In this document: piece by piece, positions 55,960 through 64,000 of the stretch
How positions within the stretch are numbered: position 1 is the stretch's first letter
Layout of the letters: each line of letters opens with the position of its first letter
Assembly (NCBI GenBank): GCA_029838195.1
Contig: JALGVJ010000011.1
Location: forward strand, 32,001 to 96,000
Length of the DNA stretch: 64,000 nt
Origin: Promethearchaeota archaeon
GTDB taxonomy: Archaea > Asgardarchaeota > Lokiarchaeia > Sigyniarchaeales > SOKP01
Direction: 5' to 3'
Notes under the pieces: generated by a model
The model's input: the letters and a program-made list of their open reading frames with translations, nothing else
What the model was told of the DNA's origin: nothing
Databases searched by the model: none
Program-made: the position numbers and the translations under genes

Positions 55960-56186
55960 CTTTTCTCTTATAAAAAATATTTAAATATTACGAAAATTAA
56001 AAATTAGCTCTCATTCTCAATTGTGAACAATTTTTTTTAAATCTTGAAGAAGAAAAAGAAAAGAAGAGAAGAATTAGAGCATGCCCTTGAATCAATTAAA
56101 GCTTAATAAATTTAATAAGAGGCTAAAAAATAATTTTATTTGGCACCTTAATTTTTAATAAAATTGATATAAATTGCTTAAGTTAA

Positions 56187-56636
56187 TTGTCAACCTCGCT
56201 TTATTTTAAAATGCTATTTGTAACAAATCACTTGCAGTCTAAATGGGGATTTAAAGATGGAAAAATCTTTAATGATTTATTAAAAGAGAATATTCCTGAA
56301 ATCTTTGAAAAAATGAAAGAAGAAATTGAGGCAGATTTGCCTTGGAAAGATGCCATAGCGATCCAATTTCCTGACCGTCTTTTGGAAATAATTATTAGAA
56401 AATATATTTTACCTAAATTGCCCAATAAAATCATTTTACAAAATTGGATAGGGCATAATCCCATACGAGCCAAAAGAATAGATGATGTTAGAATTATATT
56501 AGATGAGGAGCCACCCCAGTTCGATTTGAAACCCTCCTATATTAAAGTTGAAGATAACATTATTTTAGAGGAGGCATGGAAATTATGGAGAAATCCAAAT
56601 TACATTAACATTATTAGAAAAGAATTTTCAGAATAA
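56187..56636 (+). CDS. Hypothetical protein
   Basis: SKWGF.DG, HNPIRA. Confidence 0.6.
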   Translation: MSTSLYFKMLFVTNHLQSKWGFKDGKIFNDLLKENIPEIFEKMKEEIEADLPWKDAIAIQFPDRLLEIIIRKYILPKLPNKIILQNWIGHNPIRAKRIDDVRIILDEEPPQFDLKPSYIKVEDNIILEEAWKLWRNPNYINIIRKEFSE

Positions 56637-56937
56637 TTAAGAAGACGATAAAAATTATTTTCATTTGACGATATTGTTTTCTAATTAATTAAGAAAATTG
56701 TCTACGTGAATTCTCACCATAAAGATTTAATCTTGAAACATACTATTTTAATCCAATAATATTATAATAAACAAAATTGTCACGAGTTCAAAACCTTCTA
56801 CGAAGGAAAAATGAAAGAAAAGAGAAATTATTACATGCCCTCAAGTCTATTAAAGCTCAACTTATTAAGTTCGGAGCTAAAAATATTTAAGAGAAGGTGA
56901 AAATTAAATTTTTGATCATGAAGAATATAATCGTTGG

Positions 56938-57720
56938 ATGAAAGAAGCAGAGAATACTTACAAATCAGCGATTGTTGATAAAGAAAATGGGTTTTATAAT
57001 TGGTGTTGCTTTAAATGCCAACAAGCTGCTGAATTTGCATTGAAAGCAATATTATATGGTTTTGGATTAACTCCATTCGGGCATTCTCTAACTAAATTGC
57101 TAAGAATCCTCGAAAATCAGAACGTTGATATATCATCTATATCTATTGCTTGTAAAGTATTAGATTTACATTATATCCCATCTCGCCATGTGAATGCACA
57201 TTCATCTGGCTCGCCTCATGAATATCATGATGAGCAAATAGCTGATCTTGCGCTAAAAAATGCTAAAAAAATAATCATATTTATTAAAAAAATAAATAAA
57301 ATAAATGATAAAGTTAAAGAGAGCTATAATAGGATAAAACATTTTACCGAAAATCTCATTGAAACTCTAAATCCAAAATGTATTATATTATACGGTTCCT
57401 TCGCAAGAGGAGATTTTAATGAGCGTAGCGATATCGATATCATCGTAATCGCTAAAAATTTACCTGAAAATTATTTTGAGCGAACAAAATTATTATATGA
57501 ACAAATAAAAACGCCCGTTCCAATTGAACCATTAGGATACACCCCCTCTGAATTCATTAAGATGATTTATAAAAGACGTTGCACGAGTTTATTTGCCATG
57601 TCTGAGGGGATCCCTCTGCACGGGAAAAAATATTTCTTCTCATTAAAGAGAATTCACGACAAAATAATGAAAAAATATAATATTATTAAAAGCGAATCTG
57701 CTTGGATTCCAAAACTTTAA
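56938..57720 (+). CDS. HEPN + minimal nucleotidyltransferase (MNT) fusion
   Basis: CF.CQQAAEFALKA, GHSL, YIPSR; LYGSFARGDF.ERSDIDIIVI. Confidence 0.85.
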   Translation: MKEAENTYKSAIVDKENGFYNWCCFKCQQAAEFALKAILYGFGLTPFGHSLTKLLRILENQNVDISSISIACKVLDLHYIPSRHVNAHSSGSPHEYHDEQIADLALKNAKKIIIFIKKINKINDKVKESYNRIKHFTENLIETLNPKCIILYGSFARGDFNERSDIDIIVIAKNLPENYFERTKLLYEQIKTPVPIEPLGYTPSEFIKMIYKRRCTSLFAMSEGIPLHGKKYFFSLKRIHDKIMKKYNIIKSESAWIPKL

Positions 57721-57781
57721 TCTAAAACGATGGTTAACAAGCTCCAATTTTAAAAATGCCATTTAATAAACCTGTTCTTAA

Positions 57782-58621
57782 TTAATTATCTCTTTTTCCA
57801 AACCAGATAAGACTTGTTTGTTTTTGTTTTTCAAATTCAATTGTTTTTCGAATTTTCGAGATTAAGTAATCCACGCAATAAATTAGGTGAGCATCATTTT
57901 TGTAATCATTAATGAAGGTAAGAAAATGTTGCGTTTTTCTATTACTTAGTCTTATCTCAAAATCTAATGCTTCATTAACAAGTTGGACGTGTTCCCAATT
58001 TCCTTTTTTAACTTCTTTTTGAAACTCGGCAATTTTCTCAGTTTCTTGTAATATGTTTTCATTTTTCGCAATTAATTTATTATCTTCATCATAAATCCCA
58101 ATTTGAGTAAAATTATTCGAATCGCTTAAAGATAATAAGAAATCATCTAACGTGTTTTTTTTGAACTTGTGATGATTATGATATAATGAATATTTAAAAC
58201 TAAAAGCATCTATTTTTTGCAATCTTTCTATTATCTCATTAGCTGCTTCATTCTTCAAAATTTTTTTGCTATAAAAGCACAAGATTCCTTTTTGTTTATT
58301 AAAAATTAACTTGATGAGCATGGGGTATGTATAAACTCGGTCTTGTTCATTACGTCCTTCTTCAAGGAGTTTAAAATAAGATAATTCAGAATTCTTAGAA
58401 GGATATATCTTTGTTTCCTTTCGAAAATAATTTGCCACGTGATATCCTGTATTTTCAATTTCATGAAAAATGCGCCCATCCATGCTGTAAAATCCGGAAT
58501 GGGTGATTTCATCATTTTTATCAAAATGGGCAAAATTATCCGGATTTAAAAATAGTTTTTCTTCTATTTTTGATAAATCATTATCAAAATGAGCATCTAA
58601 ATAAATTCGTAAGGTAGGCAT
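57782..58621 (-). CDS. Hypothetical protein with a C-terminal PIP-box-like motif
   Basis: Ends KQKQTSLIWFGKRDN. Confidence 0.6.
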   Translation of the reverse strand: MPTLRIYLDAHFDNDLSKIEEKLFLNPDNFAHFDKNDEITHSGFYSMDGRIFHEIENTGYHVANYFRKETKIYPSKNSELSYFKLLEEGRNEQDRVYTYPMLIKLIFNKQKGILCFYSKKILKNEAANEIIERLQKIDAFSFKYSLYHNHHKFKKNTLDDFLLSLSDSNNFTQIGIYDEDNKLIAKNENILQETEKIAEFQKEVKKGNWEHVQLVNEALDFEIRLSNRKTQHFLTFINDYKNDAHLIYCVDYLISKIRKTIEFEKQKQTSLIWFGKRDN

Positions 58622-59176
58622 GTGAATTATTCTCTTGGTATTTGAATTTAAGAATTAATTATCAATAATTCTAATATAATTTTTCATTTAAAAATTCGTG
58701 GATACCTTAATAATAATTTTATTTTTAATCTTTTATGAACACGTCTTAATCCGAAATTTCTTTCTTAGAGCCATTAAAGAATTTTAACTTATTTCATGCT
58801 ATCCTCCAGAATTTTCTAGTTTCTTTTTTGCTATTCGGACTGTTCATTTCAATTTTTAATTTATATCATGCTCATGGTATTTATAAAACTTGCAAAAAGT
58901 GTAGATTTTCTCTCGATTGGGAAACTTGTCTTGGAATTAAAAAATATAAGGAAGCACTTAAAAAAATTTTAATTAGAAAGAGATTAAAGTATCTGAAATT
59001 AAATTTTTATTAATATAATGGTGGTTTTTTTTTTTTACCTTGACTGCTTAAAATAGCTAAAATTTTTCCAAGATTATTCTATTTTCTTAATAGGGTCTAA
59101 AAATTTATTAAAATATCTTTTTCTATTAAAAATAGCAATCAAAAATAATTTGAATTAAATAAATATTTTATTTATC

Positions 59177-60043
59177 ATGTTTCAAAAGATAAATAGGCGA
59201 TTTGTACATGAGAACATCGAAAATCTAAAAGAACACTCGTGGAGTTTTATTTTTTTAACCTATATTCTTTATGGTAGCTTGCTTATTTTCATAATTTTTG
59301 TCATATATCAATATGATTTACTCACGTTCATTCAAATTCAGACATTCCATCTCATCCAATTGACACTCCTCATGAGTTTATTGCTTTTTTTCTTAGTGGT
59401 ATGGTTAGCTATCATTAAAATAGGAAAACTGAGCGTTCGAGAGCTCGGATTGAAAAAAGAGCAACTAAAAGGAGGGATCTTATTTTACCTCGTACTCTAC
59501 TTACTTTTAAATCTCGTTTTACTTCTCATTAATTTAATATCCTTTGGCTCACCATATTATTATCCCTATTGGACCGAGCGGGGCTTAATTTATTCTATAG
59601 GAGCTTTATTTGCTCAAATTTTCGGCAATGTATTAGTTGAAGAAGTATATTATCGGGGATATCTTCTCAATCAAATTACAGGTAAATTTTATAATAAAAA
59701 TACAGGGAATAATAAAGCCGAGTTCAAAAGTATATTTAAAGGCGTGGTTTTAAGTAGTACGATGTTTGCATTTCTTCATATTCCAATTAGAATATTTACA
59801 GGCGTTTTAGGACTAAATCTCGTGTTAAATATTCTTTTGCTTATTGGAATAGGCGTAATAATTGGCCTCATCTATGTCTTTTCCACTAATCTTTTCTTTG
59901 CGATGGCAGTCCACGTCATTTCCAATATCTCGTTTGTACTTTTTGCTCCTGTAGGATATTTGCCATTTTTAAGTTATGGTTTAAGCTTTCTCATAATATT
60001 TTGTTTGATTCGATTGAAATATAGATCAAATCCATTAGAATGA
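59177..60043 (+). CDS. CPBP (CAAX/Abi) intramembrane metalloprotease
   Basis: EEVYYRGY, FAFLH, HVISN. Confidence 0.88.
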   Translation: MFQKINRRFVHENIENLKEHSWSFIFLTYILYGSLLIFIIFVIYQYDLLTFIQIQTFHLIQLTLLMSLLLFFLVVWLAIIKIGKLSVRELGLKKEQLKGGILFYLVLYLLLNLVLLLINLISFGSPYYYPYWTERGLIYSIGALFAQIFGNVLVEEVYYRGYLLNQITGKFYNKNTGNNKAEFKSIFKGVVLSSTMFAFLHIPIRIFTGVLGLNLVLNILLLIGIGVIIGLIYVFSTNLFFAMAVHVISNISFVLFAPVGYLPFLSYGLSFLIIFCLIRLKYRSNPLE

Positions 60044-60095
60044 ATACTTCTCAATACATTCTAGCTTCAATGGAAGAGTTTCATTATTTTTAGAG

Positions 60096-61214
60096 TTAAA
60101 AATGCCGAAAGATCATTTCTTTTTTGATACGCTCTTCATACCAACTTAGGAATAATTCATTTATTTCATATTTGGAAGGATTTCCGGGCGTTTTATGGAA
60201 AAAGCCTTTTTTAGTCATTTTTTCGAGATATTTCCAGGCTACAGAATGTTCAATATCAAATTCCATTAAATGAGACGTAGTAATGAATTTTCCGGGAAGA
60301 GAAAAATAAATGCGCAATATTTCTGCTTCTTTTTTGGTTATTCTTTGGTTTTTCAATTCGATTAATGGGGGCAAAATGGATTTGATAAAAGCACCATCGA
60401 TAACCCGTACATTCTTGATGAGGGCCTTTTGGTGCAATAATTCGAAAACTAAAAACGCGATTTTTAAATTCCCATTACAATATGAGGCAATTTCCGGAAG
60501 CACGTATTTTTTTAAATTTTCTTTATATTTTTCTGTTAGCTGATCCTTTATTAAAAAAGCCTCTACTCTTTTGGTGAAGATATCTATTATTTCTTGCCTC
60601 GAATAATTTCGAAAAAATATTTCTTTATTTATTTGAAGATTACCGGTAATTAAATAATCATGAAGGGCCCAAATGGAAAAAATTAATCTTGTATTTTCTC
60701 GATACTTGTTTAAATTACGAATGAAAGAAGCGGAAAGAAAAGAAGGACAAGAAAGAATTCGAACATCAAAAGAGTCATTATTAAGCTTTTTTAATTGCTT
60801 ATCCGAGAGCTCTTCATTCGTTAAGAAATCAAATCCTGTAAGATCATAAAATGCGATGTTAATATTCGGATGTGTCTCCGAGAGGATTTGACAGGTAATC
60901 TTAAATGTAAGATGCTTACCAATGCCAACTGGTCCGATAATAGCAACATGTAATGCTGCCGGCAAGTCTTTAACGGCTCCTATATATTTTGAAATCCATT
61001 TTATCTCAGAATGGCGATTTACGTAGAGATTTATTAATTCCGCTGTTAAGCGAGTTTCAGGGTTAAAAGCTTCTAATGGATGAGTCGTATAATTAAAATA
61101 TCTAAACCAGTATGGCGTGATTGTATTTAATAATTCCCTTGAATCTACTCCCTCTTCCACTGATTTTTTTATGAAATCCTTTAGCTCTTGATAAAAATCA
61201 TTTTTAGGCGTCAT
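60096..61214 (-). CDS. Divergent Cdc6/Orc1-like AAA+ protein with a C-terminal winged helix
   Basis: GPVGIGKH, F..YS..EI.DI..KR, GNLKIA lid, C-terminal wHTH; no acidic Walker B. Confidence 0.6.
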   Translation of the reverse strand: MTPKNDFYQELKDFIKKSVEEGVDSRELLNTITPYWFRYFNYTTHPLEAFNPETRLTAELINLYVNRHSEIKWISKYIGAVKDLPAALHVAIIGPVGIGKHLTFKITCQILSETHPNINIAFYDLTGFDFLTNEELSDKQLKKLNNDSFDVRILSCPSFLSASFIRNLNKYRENTRLIFSIWALHDYLITGNLQINKEIFFRNYSRQEIIDIFTKRVEAFLIKDQLTEKYKENLKKYVLPEIASYCNGNLKIAFLVFELLHQKALIKNVRVIDGAFIKSILPPLIELKNQRITKKEAEILRIYFSLPGKFITTSHLMEFDIEHSVAWKYLEKMTKKGFFHKTPGNPSKYEINELFLSWYEERIKKEMIFRHF

Positions 61215-61536
61215 TTATCTCAAATAAAAATGCCATATTATATTAATTCGCAAATACAAATTTAAACCTAGTGATTTTAAAATATAACGACTTTCATCAT
61301 CTTTTTTTAAACCAAATATTTATATATGATTTATACCATATTATGATATATATTTTTAAATATTAATTTAAATAAAAAGACTTAATGAAAGAAACTGTTA
61401 TTAAGATTATTCAAGAATTCCATGAAATGTAATATTAATAATATTTACTTCAATCATAATATAAAACAATAATAGGCAATATTATAAATTTTGAGAAAAT
61501 TAGATCCCAAAAGATAAAATAACCAAATTAAAATTA

Positions 61537-63414
61537 GTGATGTATAAAATGGTAAAAAAATATCCTCCGACGATAGAAGATCTCAAAAAGCGTAGAGAAA
61601 AAATCCCCACCTCAGAAATAATATTTTATAAACTATTAGACAGCTTATCTGATAAATGGTATTCGTGGCATTCCATTAGCTGGGAAAACATGAAAGATGC
61701 TACGAGCGGAGAAACCGATTTTCTGATATTTCATCCCGAAAAAGGTTTTATCGTGGTGGAAGTGAAGGGTGGGATCATTAGCGTGGAAGATTCCATTTTT
61801 TACTCCACGAATTCCATTACGGGAGTAAAAACAAAATTAGATAAAGATCCGTTTGATCAAGCAAAGAATTCGATGTATCAAATCTTGAATTATTACGTGA
61901 AAGTGGCTAAAAAGGAACCGGATCCCGACCTCTTATTAAAAGAAAGCCGACAAGGACTTTATTTTCCCTTGAATTTTGATTACATGGTATTTTTTCCAAA
62001 TACGCACTTTAAGGAGGAGTTCACCTATTTCCAATATGAAAATGATCATGTTTTTGACGAATCGGATTTAAAGCGTCAGCAAGAATGGGAAAACGGTGGA
62101 AAAGTGGGAATCTCTCCCTTGGAGCAACAGTTGATTACCCTCTTGGATAAACATGAGTTCTATCGCGTTTATAAACCGGACGTGAAACGTTTCTTCATTA
62201 AATTTTTAGGGACCAACATCCGAAATTATGTTTCTCTTCAAAATTATTATCAAATTAGAGAAGAGGAGCTCGCCAGGATTAATGAGGTTCAAGACTTTTT
62301 ACTGAACGTGCTCTCCGAAAAGAAAGAATGCTTTTTTAAGGGAAGTGCCGGTTCCGGCAAGACCTTTATCGCCATGAAAAAAGCGCTCATGAATTACCGG
62401 CACGGGATAAAAACGTTATTCCTTTGTTTTAATCGAGAATTGAGAGATTTTATTGAACAATTCCTTGCAAAACAACTGGACCTTGCTCCTGAGCAATTAA
62501 AAGGGAATATTGATGTATATTCCATTAATTTATTTCTTTCAAGCCTCCTACTAAAAGGAACTTTTGATATATATACTGAAAAATATTTGCGAAAATGCCT
62601 AGAACAATTCAAATACGCACCCATTTCTCAAAAACTCCAAGAACTAAAAGATACAATCCCCTTGAGTTTTAAATATGATGCCATATTAATCGATGAAGCT
62701 CAAGATATTGATGAAAGTCTCTGGAATATATTCTCTATTTTCTTTAATCATCCTGAGGAAGGTATATTTTATGTATTTTTTGATGAAGCTCAAACCATTT
62801 TCCGAGAAAATTTTTATCCGAAAAAATTCGGCATGGATGAGAAAAAAGATTTATTAATTTTGAATCGGAATTTAAGAAATACCGTCCAAATTGCGTCATG
62901 GATTCAATCGGAGACCCATTTAGGAAGTTATGAGGCTTTTTCAGGCATTCACGGCTTCGACGTTACCCACGTGAGGGTTCCGTCAAGACAAGAAGCTCTT
63001 GAAAGAGCGATTAAAATGATTAAAAATCGTTTTTATAGCCAAGCAATCAACCCGGAAAAAATCATCATTCTATCGTATCATAAATTAAAAACTCTTTATC
63101 CGGCTTGTACCTCAAATAAAAAGGCAGATTATTATACCTCTCAGGTAGAAAGAGACGTGATCGTAATTGAACCTCACAGTTTATTTACCATCGAAGAGAA
63201 CCAGCACTCCAAAGAAATTCAAGGAAAAAACGTGATATATTTTAAAACCATCACTGCGTTCAAGGGATTGGAGCGTGATATCATTTTCCTCCTGATTCCG
63301 ACTATTGAAAAATTTAAAAAAACGAATCCCGAACGATATGATAATTTTATCAAGCAAATTTACGTGGGAGCTTCACGGGCGAAATTTAAATTACACGTTA
63401 TTGAATATGATTAA
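61537..63414 (+). CDS. NERD nuclease + SF1 (UvrD-like) helicase
   Basis: ETDF...VEVKGG, P.DQA; GSAGSGKT, DEAQD, NLRNT, FKGLE, YVGASRA. Confidence 0.88.
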   Translation: MMYKMVKKYPPTIEDLKKRREKIPTSEIIFYKLLDSLSDKWYSWHSISWENMKDATSGETDFLIFHPEKGFIVVEVKGGIISVEDSIFYSTNSITGVKTKLDKDPFDQAKNSMYQILNYYVKVAKKEPDPDLLLKESRQGLYFPLNFDYMVFFPNTHFKEEFTYFQYENDHVFDESDLKRQQEWENGGKVGISPLEQQLITLLDKHEFYRVYKPDVKRFFIKFLGTNIRNYVSLQNYYQIREEELARINEVQDFLLNVLSEKKECFFKGSAGSGKTFIAMKKALMNYRHGIKTLFLCFNRELRDFIEQFLAKQLDLAPEQLKGNIDVYSINLFLSSLLLKGTFDIYTEKYLRKCLEQFKYAPISQKLQELKDTIPLSFKYDAILIDEAQDIDESLWNIFSIFFNHPEEGIFYVFFDEAQTIFRENFYPKKFGMDEKKDLLILNRNLRNTVQIASWIQSETHLGSYEAFSGIHGFDVTHVRVPSRQEALERAIKMIKNRFYSQAINPEKIIILSYHKLKTLYPACTSNKKADYYTSQVERDVIVIEPHSLFTIEENQHSKEIQGKNVIYFKTITAFKGLERDIIFLLIPTIEKFKKTNPERYDNFIKQIYVGASRAKFKLHVIEYD

Positions 63415-63591
63415 TTATAGTAGAGTCCATCCCGCCATGCTCCCTTGAAATAAAAAACATGAAATGAATCTAAAGAAAAACAAAAATATTTAAAAATGAA
63501 TTTGATAAGAATTATAAAAAAATTAGTAATAAGGGAATTCGGCCGGAAAAGGCGGCTCATTCATGAGGTATGAAAAAGAGGAGAGAAATTC

Positions 63592-64000
63592 ATGAATAAT
63601 TGGAAAGAAAGTTCGGAAGAAATTTTTGAATTTAAAAAAGAAAAAGAGCTCGAGTCTCCCTTGAGATCTTGTATCGAATTTCTCCAAGCGCATAAAAATG
63701 AATTTCAAAACGATGACGTGCCCCATGTCTTGGGTTCGGGAGATAAAGTATTTCAAATTTCAGATGAGCGTATTTTTAAACTTCCTGATTGTAATGAGCC
63801 CAAAAGAATTGGGTTTGTGGATGGAGGAAACGCTCCTGTATTGAAAAGTGCTGATTTTTGTATCTGTTTAAATCGAGTTGCGGGAGCTCTTTTCAATGAA
63901 AACAAGTATGAACAACTCAGCCAAATGCCTGAGGTAATCGAGTTCTATAGCGTGACCATATTAACTCGTAAAGTGAGCGGCCCCGTGCAATTTGTTACAA
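63592..64000 (+). CDS. nurA: Partial NurA-family nuclease-like protein (runs off the right edge; not in the ORF track)
   Basis: SD GAGGAG, ATG 63592, frame open to the end; RIGFVDGGN...LNRVAG. Confidence 0.55.
   Translation, partial: MNNWKESSEEIFEFKKEKELESPLRSCIEFLQAHKNEFQNDDVPHVLGSGDKVFQISDERIFKLPDCNEPKRIGFVDGGNAPVLKSADFCICLNRVAGALFNENKYEQLSQMPEVIEFYSVTILTRKVSGPVQFVT

Noticed and set aside
58828-59013. 61-aa ORF with CKKC
   Set aside because: TTG start, no SD; looks like a gene fragment and cannot be supported
61215-61536. Replication origin next to the Cdc6-like gene
   Set aside because: AT-rich, but no ORB repeats with G-strings were seen and the AAA+ protein is degenerate

Overview
This is AT-rich archaeal DNA, most likely from an Asgard archaeon of the Lokiarchaeia type. 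The evidence is several small GTPases fused to roadblock/longin-like domains, an MglAB pair, ribosomal L13e, and archaeal RadA/RPA/FEN1/TFB. The window has two regimes. (1) About 1-33.4 kb is a recombination/repair-rich block: Hel308 with a SWIM insertion, Hef/FANCM with a degenerate nuclease, RadA with a second HhH domain, RPA, a divergent FEN1, a RadB-like protein, a topoisomerase-type Zn finger and a stand-alone SWIM protein. It also holds a divergent TFB, two TFB-cyclin-like proteins, mglB-mglA, two paralogous ~70-aa two-helix membrane proteins, a 1612-aa surface protein and a structured ncRNA candidate. Most transcription units in this block are preceded by the same non-canonical promoter, T5-10-(1-2 nt)-TTTA(A/T)ATA, where a T-tract replaces the purine-rich BRE. 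I found 16 strict and 3 near matches by eye and saw no strict match in intergenic DNA of the second half. The divergent tfb itself has a canonical BRE-TATA. The best candidate for an undescribed system is therefore an alternative-TFB regulon coupling homologous recombination to membrane, surface and polarity proteins, possibly a DNA-exchange or competence-like programme (inference). (2) About 33.4-64 kb starts with pseudogene debris and is a mixed housekeeping/ESP region: LOG-family protein, ClC, thrC, GTPase-roadblock proteins, purple acid phosphatase, an apparently inactive NrdD-like ATP-cone protein, L13e-HhH, Trm9-like MTase, ICMT-like, HEPN-MNT fusion, CPBP protease, Cdc6-like AAA+, NERD-helicase and a partial NurA-like gene. 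No tRNA, rRNA, CRISPR array, integrase or transposase was recognised. All family calls are by-eye motif recognition, not database searches.
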